A DNA stretch of 11,414 nucleotides from Candidatus Methylomirabilia bacterium (GTDB lineage Bacteria; Methylomirabilota; Methylomirabilia; Rokubacteriales; CSP1-6). Within the stretch, counting starts at the first letter, position 1. Each line of letters opens with the position of its first letter. Below are positions 1 through 7,811 of the stretch, in pieces. The position numbers and the translations under genes were made by a program. The stretch covers positions 1 to 11,414 of the forward strand of contig JBGPXN010000151.1 in the NCBI GenBank assembly GCA_041492755.1, given 5' to 3'. Under the pieces are notes generated by a model. It made no database searches. It saw only the letters and a list, made by a program, of their open reading frames with translations, and was not told where the DNA came from.

Positions 1-297
1 GGGCCCGGGCGCGCGGTCCGCTTCGATCAGGACCGTCGCCGCCGTCTCGACCCGAGCGGTCAAAGTAGGAGTCGGATTGACGTCGCCGCGCTCGATCAGC
101 TCCACGTAGCGCGGAATCCGCGTGACGCCGTGGGAGTCGACGCCGCGCGAGTTGGCCCAGACGAGCGCGTCGGCGATCGTCGTCGCGTGCTCCGCCGACG
201 TCCCGAGCCGCGTGAAGACGTCCCGCGCGAATTGGTGCAGCGCGTCGGCGGTGGTGATCGTGGCCGCCGGCTCGCTCGCCGCGCGGGGCCCGCTCAT
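1..297 (-). CDS. Ldh_2 (malate/L-lactate/ureidoglycolate/sulfolactate dehydrogenase-like) oxidoreductase, N-terminal 99 codons; runs off the left edge
   Basis: Translated by hand from ATG at 297: MSGPRAASEPAATITTADALHQFARDVFTRLGTSAEHATTIADALVWANSRGVDSHGVTRIPRYVELIERGDVNP...VLIEADRAPGP. RGVDSHG is the Ldh_2 family signature. ATGA overlap with the hydrolase stop (294-297). Confidence 0.9.
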   Translation of the reverse strand, partial: MSGPRAASEPAATITTADALHQFARDVFTRLGTSAEHATTIADALVWANSRGVDSHGVTRIPRYVELIERGDVNPTPTLTARVETAATVLIEADRAPGP

Positions 298-1175
298 CGC
301 GCGGGGCCGGCGACGGGGAGGTGCTTCTCCAGCCAGTCCCGGACGAGGTTGATGACCAGCGTGTTGCCTTCCGCGAGCATGAAATGGTCGACGTCGGCCA
401 CGAGGTGCAGGTCGGTGGGCTGGCCGGCGTGCAGGAAGAGGTCGATCGACTGCTCGGTCGGCGTGACGGAGTCGCGCGCCGGATGCAGCAGCAGCAGCGG
501 CCGCGGCGCGATGTTGCCGACCACGTCGTTTGCCCGGAACGTGTACATGCTCTCCACGACCTCGAACGGGAACTCCATGATCGAGCCCGTCGAGAGGTTC
601 CCTCGCAGCGCGGGCGGGATGGGCACGATGTCGTAGCGCGGCACCATGATGGACTCGCCCGTCTGCGTGTGGCGGCGCCGGCCTTCCTCCATCATCGACG
701 TGAAGCGCTTCCACGCCTCGGGCGACGCGTGCTGCTTGCGGAACTTCTTCTCGCCGTCGCCCCAGCCGCCGGTGGAGATGCAGGCGGCCACGCGCCGGTC
801 CACGCCGGCGGAGTAGACGGCGACCGCGGCGCCGAAGCTGTTGCCGAGCAGCCCGATGCGGTCCGGCTCGACCTCGGGGCGAGTCGCGAGGTACGAGAGC
901 GCATTCTTCGTGTCCTCGACCTGCTCGAGGCAGATCACGCGCCCGCGGGTCCCGTCGCTCTCGCCACAGCCGCGAAAGTCGAAGCGCAGCGCCACGTAGC
1001 CGAAGTCGGCGAGCATCCGCGCGACCACGAGCGCGACGCCACCGTCCTTGTTGCTGCCGAAGCCGTGGAGCACCAGGAAGCCGGGGCGGCGCTCGGACGG
1101 GTCGCGGTCGGCGGGCACGCGCAGCACACCGGCGAGCTTCAAGCCGTCGGACGCGAAGGACACGCGCTCTTCCAT
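294..1175 (-). CDS. Alpha/beta-fold serine hydrolase (293 aa)
   Basis: VLHGFGS oxyanion segment, RFDFRGCGESDG, nucleophile elbow GNSFG, probable triad Asp (RDSVTP) and His (DVDHF). SD GGAGG upstream; ATG lies 1 nt after the upstream stop. Confidence 0.92.
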   Translation of the reverse strand: MEERVSFASDGLKLAGVLRVPADRDPSERRPGFLVLHGFGSNKDGGVALVVARMLADFGYVALRFDFRGCGESDGTRGRVICLEQVEDTKNALSYLATRPEVEPDRIGLLGNSFGAAVAVYSAGVDRRVAACISTGGWGDGEKKFRKQHASPEAWKRFTSMMEEGRRRHTQTGESIMVPRYDIVPIPPALRGNLSTGSIMEFPFEVVESMYTFRANDVVGNIAPRPLLLLHPARDSVTPTEQSIDLFLHAGQPTDLHLVADVDHFMLAEGNTLVINLVRDWLEKHLPVAGPAR

Positions 1176-1176
1176 C

Positions 1177-2625
1177 TCACTGACCTCCGCGCACCGGGTA
1201 GCTCGGGGGAACGACCTCGTCCAGCGGCTTGCCGCTCCAGTGCCAGTCGGGAACGGCGTGCCACTGGCGCTCGGCCTCGGCCTGGACCGACGCCAGCAGG
1301 GCCCGCTCGTCCATGCGGACCGCCTGGCCGCCGTCGACGAGGAACTGCCCGTCGACGATGACGGTCTCGACGTCGCGGCCGCTCCCGCACTCGACGAGCG
1401 ACTTGATGGGATCGTGCACGGCGCCGTAGTGCATCTGCAGCAGGTCGACGACGATGACGTCCGCCTTCGCGCCCGGAGTCAGCCGGCCGAGATCGTCCCG
1501 GCCCAGGTGGCGCGCCCCGCCGAGGGTCGCGGCGTCGAAGACGTCGCGCGCGCGGCCGACGCGGAAGCTGCCGTCGGCCATGCGGCACGTGAGCGCGGCC
1601 CAGCGCATCTCGTGCACGACGTCTTGCGGATACGTGTCCGTCCCGATCGCCATGTTGATGCCGAGCGCGCGATAGCGCTCGAACGACTCGAGCGTGATCC
1701 CCATCTTGGCGTACTTGTACGGGGCGTGGACGACGGTGACGCCGGAGTCGGCCAGCCGCTTGAGATCGTCGCCGTACGGGTAATGGCACCAGGAGTGACC
1801 GTTGTGGAACACGCAATGACCGAGCCCGGTCCGGGGCTTCAGGAAGCCGATGGAGTCGAGCAGCTCGATCGGGGTCTTGCCGTGCGTCTTCAAGATCTGG
1901 TGGAACTCGGGGAGGTTCATGGCGGCGTGGAACTGCATCGGGACGTTGAGCTCATCGGCCCACCGGCGCGCGTGCCGGAGCAGCTCGATGCTGCACGTAT
2001 CCATCTGCCCCGGATAGAGCATGGCCCGGAGGCGCCCACCGTAGGCGCCGTCGGACTCCTTGACGTACGCGACCGCGCGGTCGAGCGCGGCCATGCCCTG
2101 CGCCTCGTCGAATTCCCACACCACCCGGTCGCCGTCGAACGCGTAACCGGCCGATCGGAACGCCGGGCCCAGATACGCCCGCACACCCATCTCGCCGGCG
2201 AGCCTGGTGAATGCCGCCGGACCACCGGGCATCGTGCCGACGTCCAGGATGGTGGTGGCGCCGGCGCGGAGGGCGGACCACAGCCCGTACGTGCCGCCGA
2301 TCTCGGGGTTGGCCCGCACGCGGGGCGGGGCGACGCCCCGCCGGGACGCGACGTAGCCGATGAAGTTGCTCCCGAAGTAGTCGGCCTTGAGCCCGTCCAG
2401 AAAGACGGCCTGTCCGGCGTTGGTGGCCGCGTGCAGGTGGCAGTTGACGAAGCCGGGCGAGACGAGCTTGCCGGTGGCGTCGACGCGGCGGTCGACCGTG
2501 CCATCGAACGGGCCGCCGACGTGGACGATGCGATCGTCCTCGAACACGACGCACCCGTTCGGGATAAGCTCGTGGTCGTTGCCGTGGTAACCCACCACCC
2601 AGCCGCCCTGGATCAGCGTGCGCAT
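1177..2625 (-). CDS. Metal-dependent amidohydrolase, chlorohydrolase/deaminase-like (482 aa)
   Basis: Start moved from 2931 to ATG 2625 (MRTLIQGGWVVG, a typical N-terminal beta strand; GAGGAG 7 nt upstream). Motifs PGFVNCHLH, GATTILD, QFHAAM, GLGHC, IGTDT, GRLTPGAKADVIVVD. Confidence 0.92.
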   Translation of the reverse strand: MRTLIQGGWVVGYHGNDHELIPNGCVVFEDDRIVHVGGPFDGTVDRRVDATGKLVSPGFVNCHLHAATNAGQAVFLDGLKADYFGSNFIGYVASRRGVAPPRVRANPEIGGTYGLWSALRAGATTILDVGTMPGGPAAFTRLAGEMGVRAYLGPAFRSAGYAFDGDRVVWEFDEAQGMAALDRAVAYVKESDGAYGGRLRAMLYPGQMDTCSIELLRHARRWADELNVPMQFHAAMNLPEFHQILKTHGKTPIELLDSIGFLKPRTGLGHCVFHNGHSWCHYPYGDDLKRLADSGVTVVHAPYKYAKMGITLESFERYRALGINMAIGTDTYPQDVVHEMRWAALTCRMADGSFRVGRARDVFDAATLGGARHLGRDDLGRLTPGAKADVIVVDLLQMHYGAVHDPIKSLVECGSGRDVETVIVDGQFLVDGGQAVRMDERALLASVQAEAERQWHAVPDWHWSGKPLDEVVPPSYPVRGGQ

Positions 2626-2698
2626 CGCTTCGCTCCTCGCTTGCGGTCCGGCCGGCGGGTGTCCGCCAGGCGACCAGCGTGTGAAGTCCGTGCCCCGC

Positions 2699-2727
2699 GT
2701 TATACCGGGCGCCGGATGCGGTGTGAA
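2699..2727 (-). promoter_or_regulatory. Putative sigma70 promoter for the amidohydrolase-hydrolase-Ldh_2 operon
   Basis: Minus strand TTCACA (2727-2722), 17 nt, TATAAC (2704-2699); 5/6 match in both hexamers with ideal spacing, in GC-rich DNA. Confidence 0.65.
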
Positions 2728-2842
2728 GCGGCAATCTGCGGCGTCGATCCAGGGGGCTTGCGGTGACAGGACGGGACGCGGTAGGAAGGAGACGCTCACC
2801 TGGGCGACGAGACGACCGACCCTCGAGAAGTAGCGCGACACG

Positions 2843-2896
2843 GGATTGACGGTCCCGCCGACGCTGCGGCTGCGCGCCGACCACATCGTCGAGTAA
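2843..2896 (+). pseudogene. C-terminal remnant of a COG2984-type ABC substrate-binding protein
   Basis: Reads GLTVPPTLRLRADHIVE*, resembling the recalled family terminus LGLTIPPSLLLRADxVIE*. In-frame TAG at 2831-2833 and no recognisable body upstream. Confidence 0.65.
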
Positions 2897-2936
2897 CGCC
2901 ACATCATCCACGGTAGGCAGGGAGACACCACTCGAG

Positions 2937-3704
2937 ATGGGAAAGACGACGTTCGATTTCAAGGGCCAGGTGGCCGTCGTCACCGGCGGCGCGCGCGGCA
3001 TCGGCAAGGGATCGGCGGAGGCGTTCGCTGAGGCGGGAGCGCGCGTCTGCGTGCTCGACCTGGATGAGACGGCCGGCGCGGCGGTCGTGCACGACATCGA
3101 CGACGGCGGCGGGAAAGCGACTTTCATCGCCTGCGACGTCACGGACTGGAAGCGGGTGAAGGCGACGTTCGATCGCATCGCCACCGAGGCGGGGCGCATC
3201 GACGTGCTCGTCAACTGCGCGGGCGGGTTCTGGAAGCAGCTCTCGGTCGAGGACACGCCCGAGGACGAGTGGGACAAGGTGATCGACCTCAACCTCAAGA
3301 GCATCTTCCTGTGCGCGAAGGCGGTCATCCCGACGTTCAAGCGGCAGGGCAGCGGCCGCATCATCAACATCGGCTCCATGGCCGGGGTGAGCGCGCTGCA
3401 GATGTCGTCGCCCCCGTACTCCGCGGCGAAGGCGGGGGTGCACTCGCTGACGCGCGTGCTGGCGTTGGAGCTGGGCCGGCACGGCGTCAACGTCAACGCC
3501 ATCGCGCCCGGGACCACCGCCACCGAGCGCGTCGTCGCCGTCCGCAGCAAGGAGCAGCGCGACATGATCGGCCAGGGCACGCTCGTCGGCCGCATCGCCG
3601 AAGTGCCCGACATGATCGGCTGGGTGCTGTTCCTCGCCGCGCCGGAGTCCGGCTACCTCACCGGCCAGACCCTCTCTGTCAACGGCGGCCGCTTGATGGT
3701 CTAG
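2937..3704 (+). CDS. Classical short-chain dehydrogenase/reductase (FabG-like fold), probably NAD(H)-preferring (255 aa)
   Basis: TGGARGIG, acidic residue after beta-2 (VLDLD), NCAG, NIGS, catalytic YSAAK, VNAIAPG, TGQTLSVNGG. Confidence 0.95.
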   Translation: MGKTTFDFKGQVAVVTGGARGIGKGSAEAFAEAGARVCVLDLDETAGAAVVHDIDDGGGKATFIACDVTDWKRVKATFDRIATEAGRIDVLVNCAGGFWKQLSVEDTPEDEWDKVIDLNLKSIFLCAKAVIPTFKRQGSGRIINIGSMAGVSALQMSSPPYSAAKAGVHSLTRVLALELGRHGVNVNAIAPGTTATERVVAVRSKEQRDMIGQGTLVGRIAEVPDMIGWVLFLAAPESGYLTGQTLSVNGGRLMV

Positions 3705-3706
3705 GC

Positions 3707-3784
3707 CCGGAGGGGGGCGCCGCCCCCCTTCCGGTACCTCCCCCCGGGATCGATTGCGCCGGCGAAGCCGGCGCTCGGAGCGGT
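3707..3784. repeat. Double-hairpin REP-like element between convergent genes; possible bidirectional terminator or RNA stabiliser
   Basis: CCGGAGGGGGGC-gcc-GCCCCCCTTCCGG (3707-3734, one bulge) and perfect GCGCCGGC-GAA-GCCGGCGC (3756-3774). No U-tract. Confidence 0.65.
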
Positions 3785-3803
3785 AGATCGTCCCCGCCTG
3801 GGA

Positions 3804-5303
3804 TCAGGCGAGGCCGGCTTGGGTGGCGTGGCGCTCCACGTGATACGGCTGCGACATGAGCGTGCCGCAGACCGCCCCGAGCACGGGCTCGAGCGCTTCC
3901 ACCAGCCGTCGCGCCGGCTCGTTCGCCGTGCGTAGCCGCTCCACCGCGGCTTGAGCACGCGCGGCCAGCGTGGACACGTCGAGCGTGGTGACGCGGCCCG
4001 CGTCGACGACCAGGCGGCCACCGATCATCACGCTGTGCACGCCCGTGCCGTCCTCGGCGTAGACGACCTGGTTCACGGCGTCGTTCAGCGGGATGTAGTT
4101 CGGATGAGCGGCGTCCAGGAACACGAGGTCGGCGCGATATCCGGCCGCAACCCGCCCGATTTTTTCGAAGCCGAGCGCGCGCGCTCCCCCCTCGGTGGCC
4201 ATCGTCAGCACGTCGGGGGCGGAGAGCCAGCGCTCGGGCGGTGTGCCCTGCACGCGGGACACGAACGAGGCCAGGCGCATCGCCTCGAAGACGTTCTGGT
4301 TGTCCGAGCACGACGTGCCATCCGTACCGATGGCCACGTTCACCCCGTGGGCGCGCATGGCGCGCACGGCGGCGAGCCCCGAGCCCAGCCGCATGTTGCT
4401 GCCCGGATTGTGCGCGGCCGAGGCCCCGCGCTCGCCAAGCCGCGCCATGTCGTCGCGATCGAGCCAGATCGCGTGGGCGGCCGTGAACTGCGGGCCGACG
4501 AGCCCGAGCGCATCGAGATGCCCGACCAGGGTCTTGCCGTAGCGCCGGACGCCGGAGATGGCCTGCAGGCGTGACTCCGCCACGTGCATGTGGATGCCGA
4601 CGCCGAACTCGCGGGCAAGATCACGGCAGCCGACCATGAAGGGATCGGTGCAGTGCAGGGGGATGGTCGGCGCCAGCGCGGGCCGCACCTGCTCGCGGTC
4701 GTGCTTCCACGACTGCAGCGCCTTACGGCACGTCTCGAGCATCGTCGTGTACGGCGCGGCCGTCACGCCCTCGACGCGTGCGCGCAGGTCGGCGGGCAGC
4801 CCCTCCAGCAGCCCGGGATGGGCGTGGTAGAACGTGCGATCGCCCATCATCGGAGCCACCGCTGCGCGCATGCCGACGTCGGCGTACGCGCGCGCCACCG
4901 CCTCCAGTCCTTCGACGCTCGGTGACGGCAGCTCGAACGACAGATCGTAGGCGGCGGTCACGCCCTTCTTGACCATCTCGACGGCGCCGATCAGCGTGGA
5001 GAGATACTTGTCTTCGGCCGTCCGGTTGCCCGAGAACCAGGCGGCGGCGTTGAGGAGCAGCTGCAGATCGTAGCGATCCATCATGCCCTTGGCCAGGTTG
5101 CTGTGGCCGTGGGTGTGGGCGTTGACGAGCCCGGGAATCAGCAGCTTCCCGCGCGCGTCGACGCTGCGCGCGTCGGCCGGCGCCGCCCCGCCGGGACGGG
5201 CGATCTCCGCGATCGTGTCGCCCTCGATGAGGACGTCGGCGGGCTCGGCGGTCCGCGCCCGCACGTCGACCAGGCGTCCGCCCCGGATGACGAGATCCAC
5301 CAT
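3804..5303 (-). CDS. Metal-dependent amidohydrolase, AtzA/TrzN/MTA-SAH deaminase-like (499 aa)
   Basis: PGLVNAHTH, MHVAES (HxxE), AAHAIW, HNPGSNMRLGSG, IGTDG, GYRADLV. Confidence 0.93.
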   Translation of the reverse strand: MVDLVIRGGRLVDVRARTAEPADVLIEGDTIAEIARPGGAAPADARSVDARGKLLIPGLVNAHTHGHSNLAKGMMDRYDLQLLLNAAAWFSGNRTAEDKYLSTLIGAVEMVKKGVTAAYDLSFELPSPSVEGLEAVARAYADVGMRAAVAPMMGDRTFYHAHPGLLEGLPADLRARVEGVTAAPYTTMLETCRKALQSWKHDREQVRPALAPTIPLHCTDPFMVGCRDLAREFGVGIHMHVAESRLQAISGVRRYGKTLVGHLDALGLVGPQFTAAHAIWLDRDDMARLGERGASAAHNPGSNMRLGSGLAAVRAMRAHGVNVAIGTDGTSCSDNQNVFEAMRLASFVSRVQGTPPERWLSAPDVLTMATEGGARALGFEKIGRVAAGYRADLVFLDAAHPNYIPLNDAVNQVVYAEDGTGVHSVMIGGRLVVDAGRVTTLDVSTLAARAQAAVERLRTANEPARRLVEALEPVLGAVCGTLMSQPYHVERHATQAGLA

Positions 5304-5350
5304 GGCGATGATGACCCTTTCGCGTTACGCGTTGGACGCCACGTCCGCTC

Positions 5351-5404
5351 CTTCTCGAGCTTCACCTACTTCTCGAGCTTCACCTACTTCTTGAGCCTCA
5401 CGTC
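5351..5404. repeat. 18-bp tandem repeat (2 exact copies + 1 diverged) spanning the binding-protein stop codon
   Basis: CTTCTCGAGCTTCACCTA at 5351-5368 and 5369-5386; CTTCTTGAGCCTCACGTC at 5387-5404. Confidence 0.9.
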
Positions 5405-6919
5405 CTCGTAGGGCGCGGAGTACGCGTGGCCGGGGATCAGGCCCAGCGCCGCTTCGTCCACGCGCGGTCCGGCGCCGTTGATGAAGCCGAGCTCCCAGAG
5501 GTGCGCCACCATGGCTTTCTCGTGGATGAGCTGCTGGATCTTGTGCAGCATGGCCTCGCGCTTCTTCCGGTCGTGCTCGGCGGCCTGCTCACGGAAGAGC
5601 CCGTCGATGTCCGGGTAGCCGCCGTAGACGTACGTTCCGCCCGACACGGCGAAGGACTCCAGCCGGGTGGCCGCGTTACCGAAGGCGCCGCTGGAGCTCT
5701 GGACGATGTTCTTGAACTTCTTGTCGGCGTAGCCCTGGAAGAACGCCGCGCGCTCGAGCGGCCGCAGGGTGGCCCGGATGCCGGCGGCTTGCAGGAAGTT
5801 CAGCCCCGCCTCGCCGAGGTTCGAGTACGCGATGTCGCAGTAGTAGTCGCCGGCGTCGAACCCGTTGGGATAGCCGGCCTCCGCCAGGAGCTTCTTGGCC
5901 TGCGCGGGGTTGTAGGGATGCGCGGGCGTCGGCCAGAAGAAGTCGAACGTGCTCGGGATGATCCCCCACGAGATCTTCGAGAACCCGAGCGTCTCGGCCT
6001 GGTTGATGGCCTTCCGATCGAGGGCGAGGTTGGCGGCCAGCCGCACGCGGCGGTCGTGCCACGGAGACTTCGGATCCCACTGGTCGACGAAGGCGAGCCA
6101 GAACGTGCCCTGGATTACCGTCGGCTTCAGGGTGAGACCTGGCGTGCGCCGAAGCTCCTCGGCCAGCGCGCCGCGGATGGAGTAGACGATGTCGACCTCA
6201 CCCCGCTTGAGCGCGGCCAGGCGGGTGGACTCGTCGGGGATGACCTTGAAGACCAGCCGCTTCACGCTGGGCGTCTTGCGCCAGTAGCCGTCGAACGCTT
6301 CCAGCACCAGCTCCACGCCGGGGGTGAAGGAGACGAACTTGTAGGGGCCGGCGCCGACGGGGGTCTTCTTGAATCCCTCGTCGCCCACCTTCTCGACGTA
6401 TTTCTTGGGCACGATCCAGCCCGCGCCGGAGGCCGTCGCGTAGAACGTCATGAAGTCGGGCCACCGGTCCTTGAGCCGGAAGCGGACGTGGGTGGCGTCG
6501 GGCACCTCCACGGCGGCGACCCGATCCTTCATGGCCTTGGCCGCCGTCCCGCGATAACGCTCGAACGAAAACTTCACGTCGTCCGCGGTCACCGGATCGC
6601 CGTTGTGGAACCGGGCGCCCTTGCGCAGCACCATCTCGTAGACCCGGCCGTCCGGGGAAGCGTTCCATGATTCGGCCAGCGACGGCGACATCGGATTACC
6701 CGGCATGGGCTTGGCCATCGCGTCGTGGAGGGCGTAAAGGACCATGAACGGCGTGATCATCCCTGGCGTCTCCGCCGGATCGAACCACGTCGGCGCCAGC
6801 GTGATGTGCACCCCCCACGTCATCTGCCCCTCGGGCGCGGCCAGCGCCGGCCAGGCGCCCGCAAGGACCGTCACGACGAGAACAACGCTGACAAGTAAGT
6901 AGGACACTAGACCCTTCAA
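5384..6919 (-). CDS. ABC transporter substrate-binding protein, family 5 (Opp/Dpp/Nik-like), no permease or ATPase of its own in the window
   Basis: LAESW, LRKGARFHNGDPVTADDVKFSF, PVGAGPYKF, RLAALKRGEVD, DRRVRLAANLALDR. Preferred start TTG 6919 (GAGGA 5 nt upstream) gives Sec signal MKGLVSYLLVSVVLVVTVLAGAWPALA; alternative TTG 6937. Confidence 0.93.
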   Translation of the reverse strand: MKGLVSYLLVSVVLVVTVLAGAWPALAAPEGQMTWGVHITLAPTWFDPAETPGMITPFMVLYALHDAMAKPMPGNPMSPSLAESWNASPDGRVYEMVLRKGARFHNGDPVTADDVKFSFERYRGTAAKAMKDRVAAVEVPDATHVRFRLKDRWPDFMTFYATASGAGWIVPKKYVEKVGDEGFKKTPVGAGPYKFVSFTPGVELVLEAFDGYWRKTPSVKRLVFKVIPDESTRLAALKRGEVDIVYSIRGALAEELRRTPGLTLKPTVIQGTFWLAFVDQWDPKSPWHDRRVRLAANLALDRKAINQAETLGFSKISWGIIPSTFDFFWPTPAHPYNPAQAKKLLAEAGYPNGFDAGDYYCDIAYSNLGEAGLNFLQAAGIRATLRPLERAAFFQGYADKKFKNIVQSSSGAFGNAATRLESFAVSGGTYVYGGYPDIDGLFREQAAEHDRKKREAMLHKIQQLIHEKAMVAHLWELGFINGAGPRVDEAALGLIPGHAYSAPYEDVRLKK

Positions 6920-6956
6920 GGGTTTCCTCGCTTTCAACTTGAACCGATTCCGTTGG

Positions 6957-6985
6957 AGTGTAGACGGAAGGTGACAGCCAGTCCA
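6957..6985 (-). promoter_or_regulatory. Putative sigma70 promoter for binding protein and amidohydrolase
   Basis: TGGACT (6985-6980), 17 nt, TACACT (6962-6957), about 40 nt upstream of the TTG at 6919. Confidence 0.5.
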
Positions 6986-7070
6986 GCCATCGCGGTGTCC
7001 CGGGCCTCAGTACCCACGCTGATCGCGGAAGGCGTTCTGTCCTCGTCGAAGCGACCAGCTCGGCGCCGGC

Positions 7071-7811
7071 TCACACCAGGCGGTCGCGAAGACGCGAGCT
7101 GAGGCCGTCGACGACCATGACCATCGCGACGGTCACGAGCAGCACGGTGGAAGCGGCCGGATAGTCGATGAGACGCAGGTAGGTCTGCAGATAAAACCCG
7201 ATGCCGCCCGCCCCCACGAATCCCAGCACGGTGGCGGCGCGGATGTTCGACTCCAGGCGATAGAGCACGTACGAAAGGAACAGTGGCAGCACCTGCGGCA
7301 GCACGCCGAAGCGCAGCACCTGAAGTCGCGTGGCCCCGGTGGCCATGACGGCGTCCACCGGTCCGGGGTCGATGCCCTCGATGGTCTCGGAGTAGAGCTT
7401 CGCGAGCGACGTGGTGGTGTAGGCGATCACGGCGAGCACGCCGGGGAAGGGGCCGAGGCCGACCGCCGCCACGAAGATCAAGGCGTACACGAGCGTGTCC
7501 ACGCTCCGGAAGAAGTTGAGCACCGTTCGCGCGGGGTAGAAGACCCCCGGCGGCACCACGTTGCGCGCGGAGAGGAAGCCCAGCGGCAACGCGAGTACCG
7601 CCGCGACCGCGGTGCCGAGCAGCGCGATCTCCACCGTGGCCAGCGCGCCGGCCAGCGCCTGGGGTAGCACGCGGAGGTCGGGCGGCAGCATCCGCCGCAG
7701 GAAGTCGAACATCCAGGGCAGGCCGCGGATGAACCGCACCGGATCGGCGCCCGTGTCCCACGCCACCCAGGCGAGGGTCACCACCGCGACGAAGACGGCG
7801 GCCCGTCTCAT
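7071..7811 (-). CDS. phnE: Phosphonate/phosphate-type ABC permease (246 aa)
   Basis: Start moved to ATG 7811 (ATGA overlap with phnC stop). RSVDTLVYALIFVAAVGLGPFPG, AKLYSETIEGID, EAA-like loop DAVMATGA, YRLESNIRAATVLGFVGAGGIG. Confidence 0.93.
   Translation of the reverse strand: MRRAAVFVAVVTLAWVAWDTGADPVRFIRGLPWMFDFLRRMLPPDLRVLPQALAGALATVEIALLGTAVAAVLALPLGFLSARNVVPPGVFYPARTVLNFFRSVDTLVYALIFVAAVGLGPFPGVLAVIAYTTTSLAKLYSETIEGIDPGPVDAVMATGATRLQVLRFGVLPQVLPLFLSYVLYRLESNIRAATVLGFVGAGGIGFYLQTYLRLIDYPAASTVLLVTVAMVMVVDGLSSRLRDRLV

Noticed and set aside
2626..2643. GCGAGGAGCGAAGCG before the amidohydrolase start as another repeat copy
   Set aside because: Shares only the GCGAAGC heptamer, has no extended stem, and is adequately explained as the SD region.
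1048..2766. Long plus-strand ORFs (572 aa here; also 321-1361, 5426-6670, 7943-8626)
   Set aside because: Antisense shadows of well-supported genes, expected in high-GC DNA; no recognisable motifs.
2846..2874. TTGACG as the -35 box of the SDR promoter
   Set aside because: No plausible -10 hexamer 16-18 nt downstream; better explained as Leu-Thr codons of the gene remnant.
2626..2931. 102-aa N-terminal extension of the amidohydrolase in the ORF track
   Set aside because: Family-like sequence starts at 2625 with its own SD, and a promoter lies inside the extension.
5138..5386. Amber readthrough fusing the binding protein to the amidohydrolase
   Set aside because: The two genes are in different frames; readthrough would give a nonsense tail.
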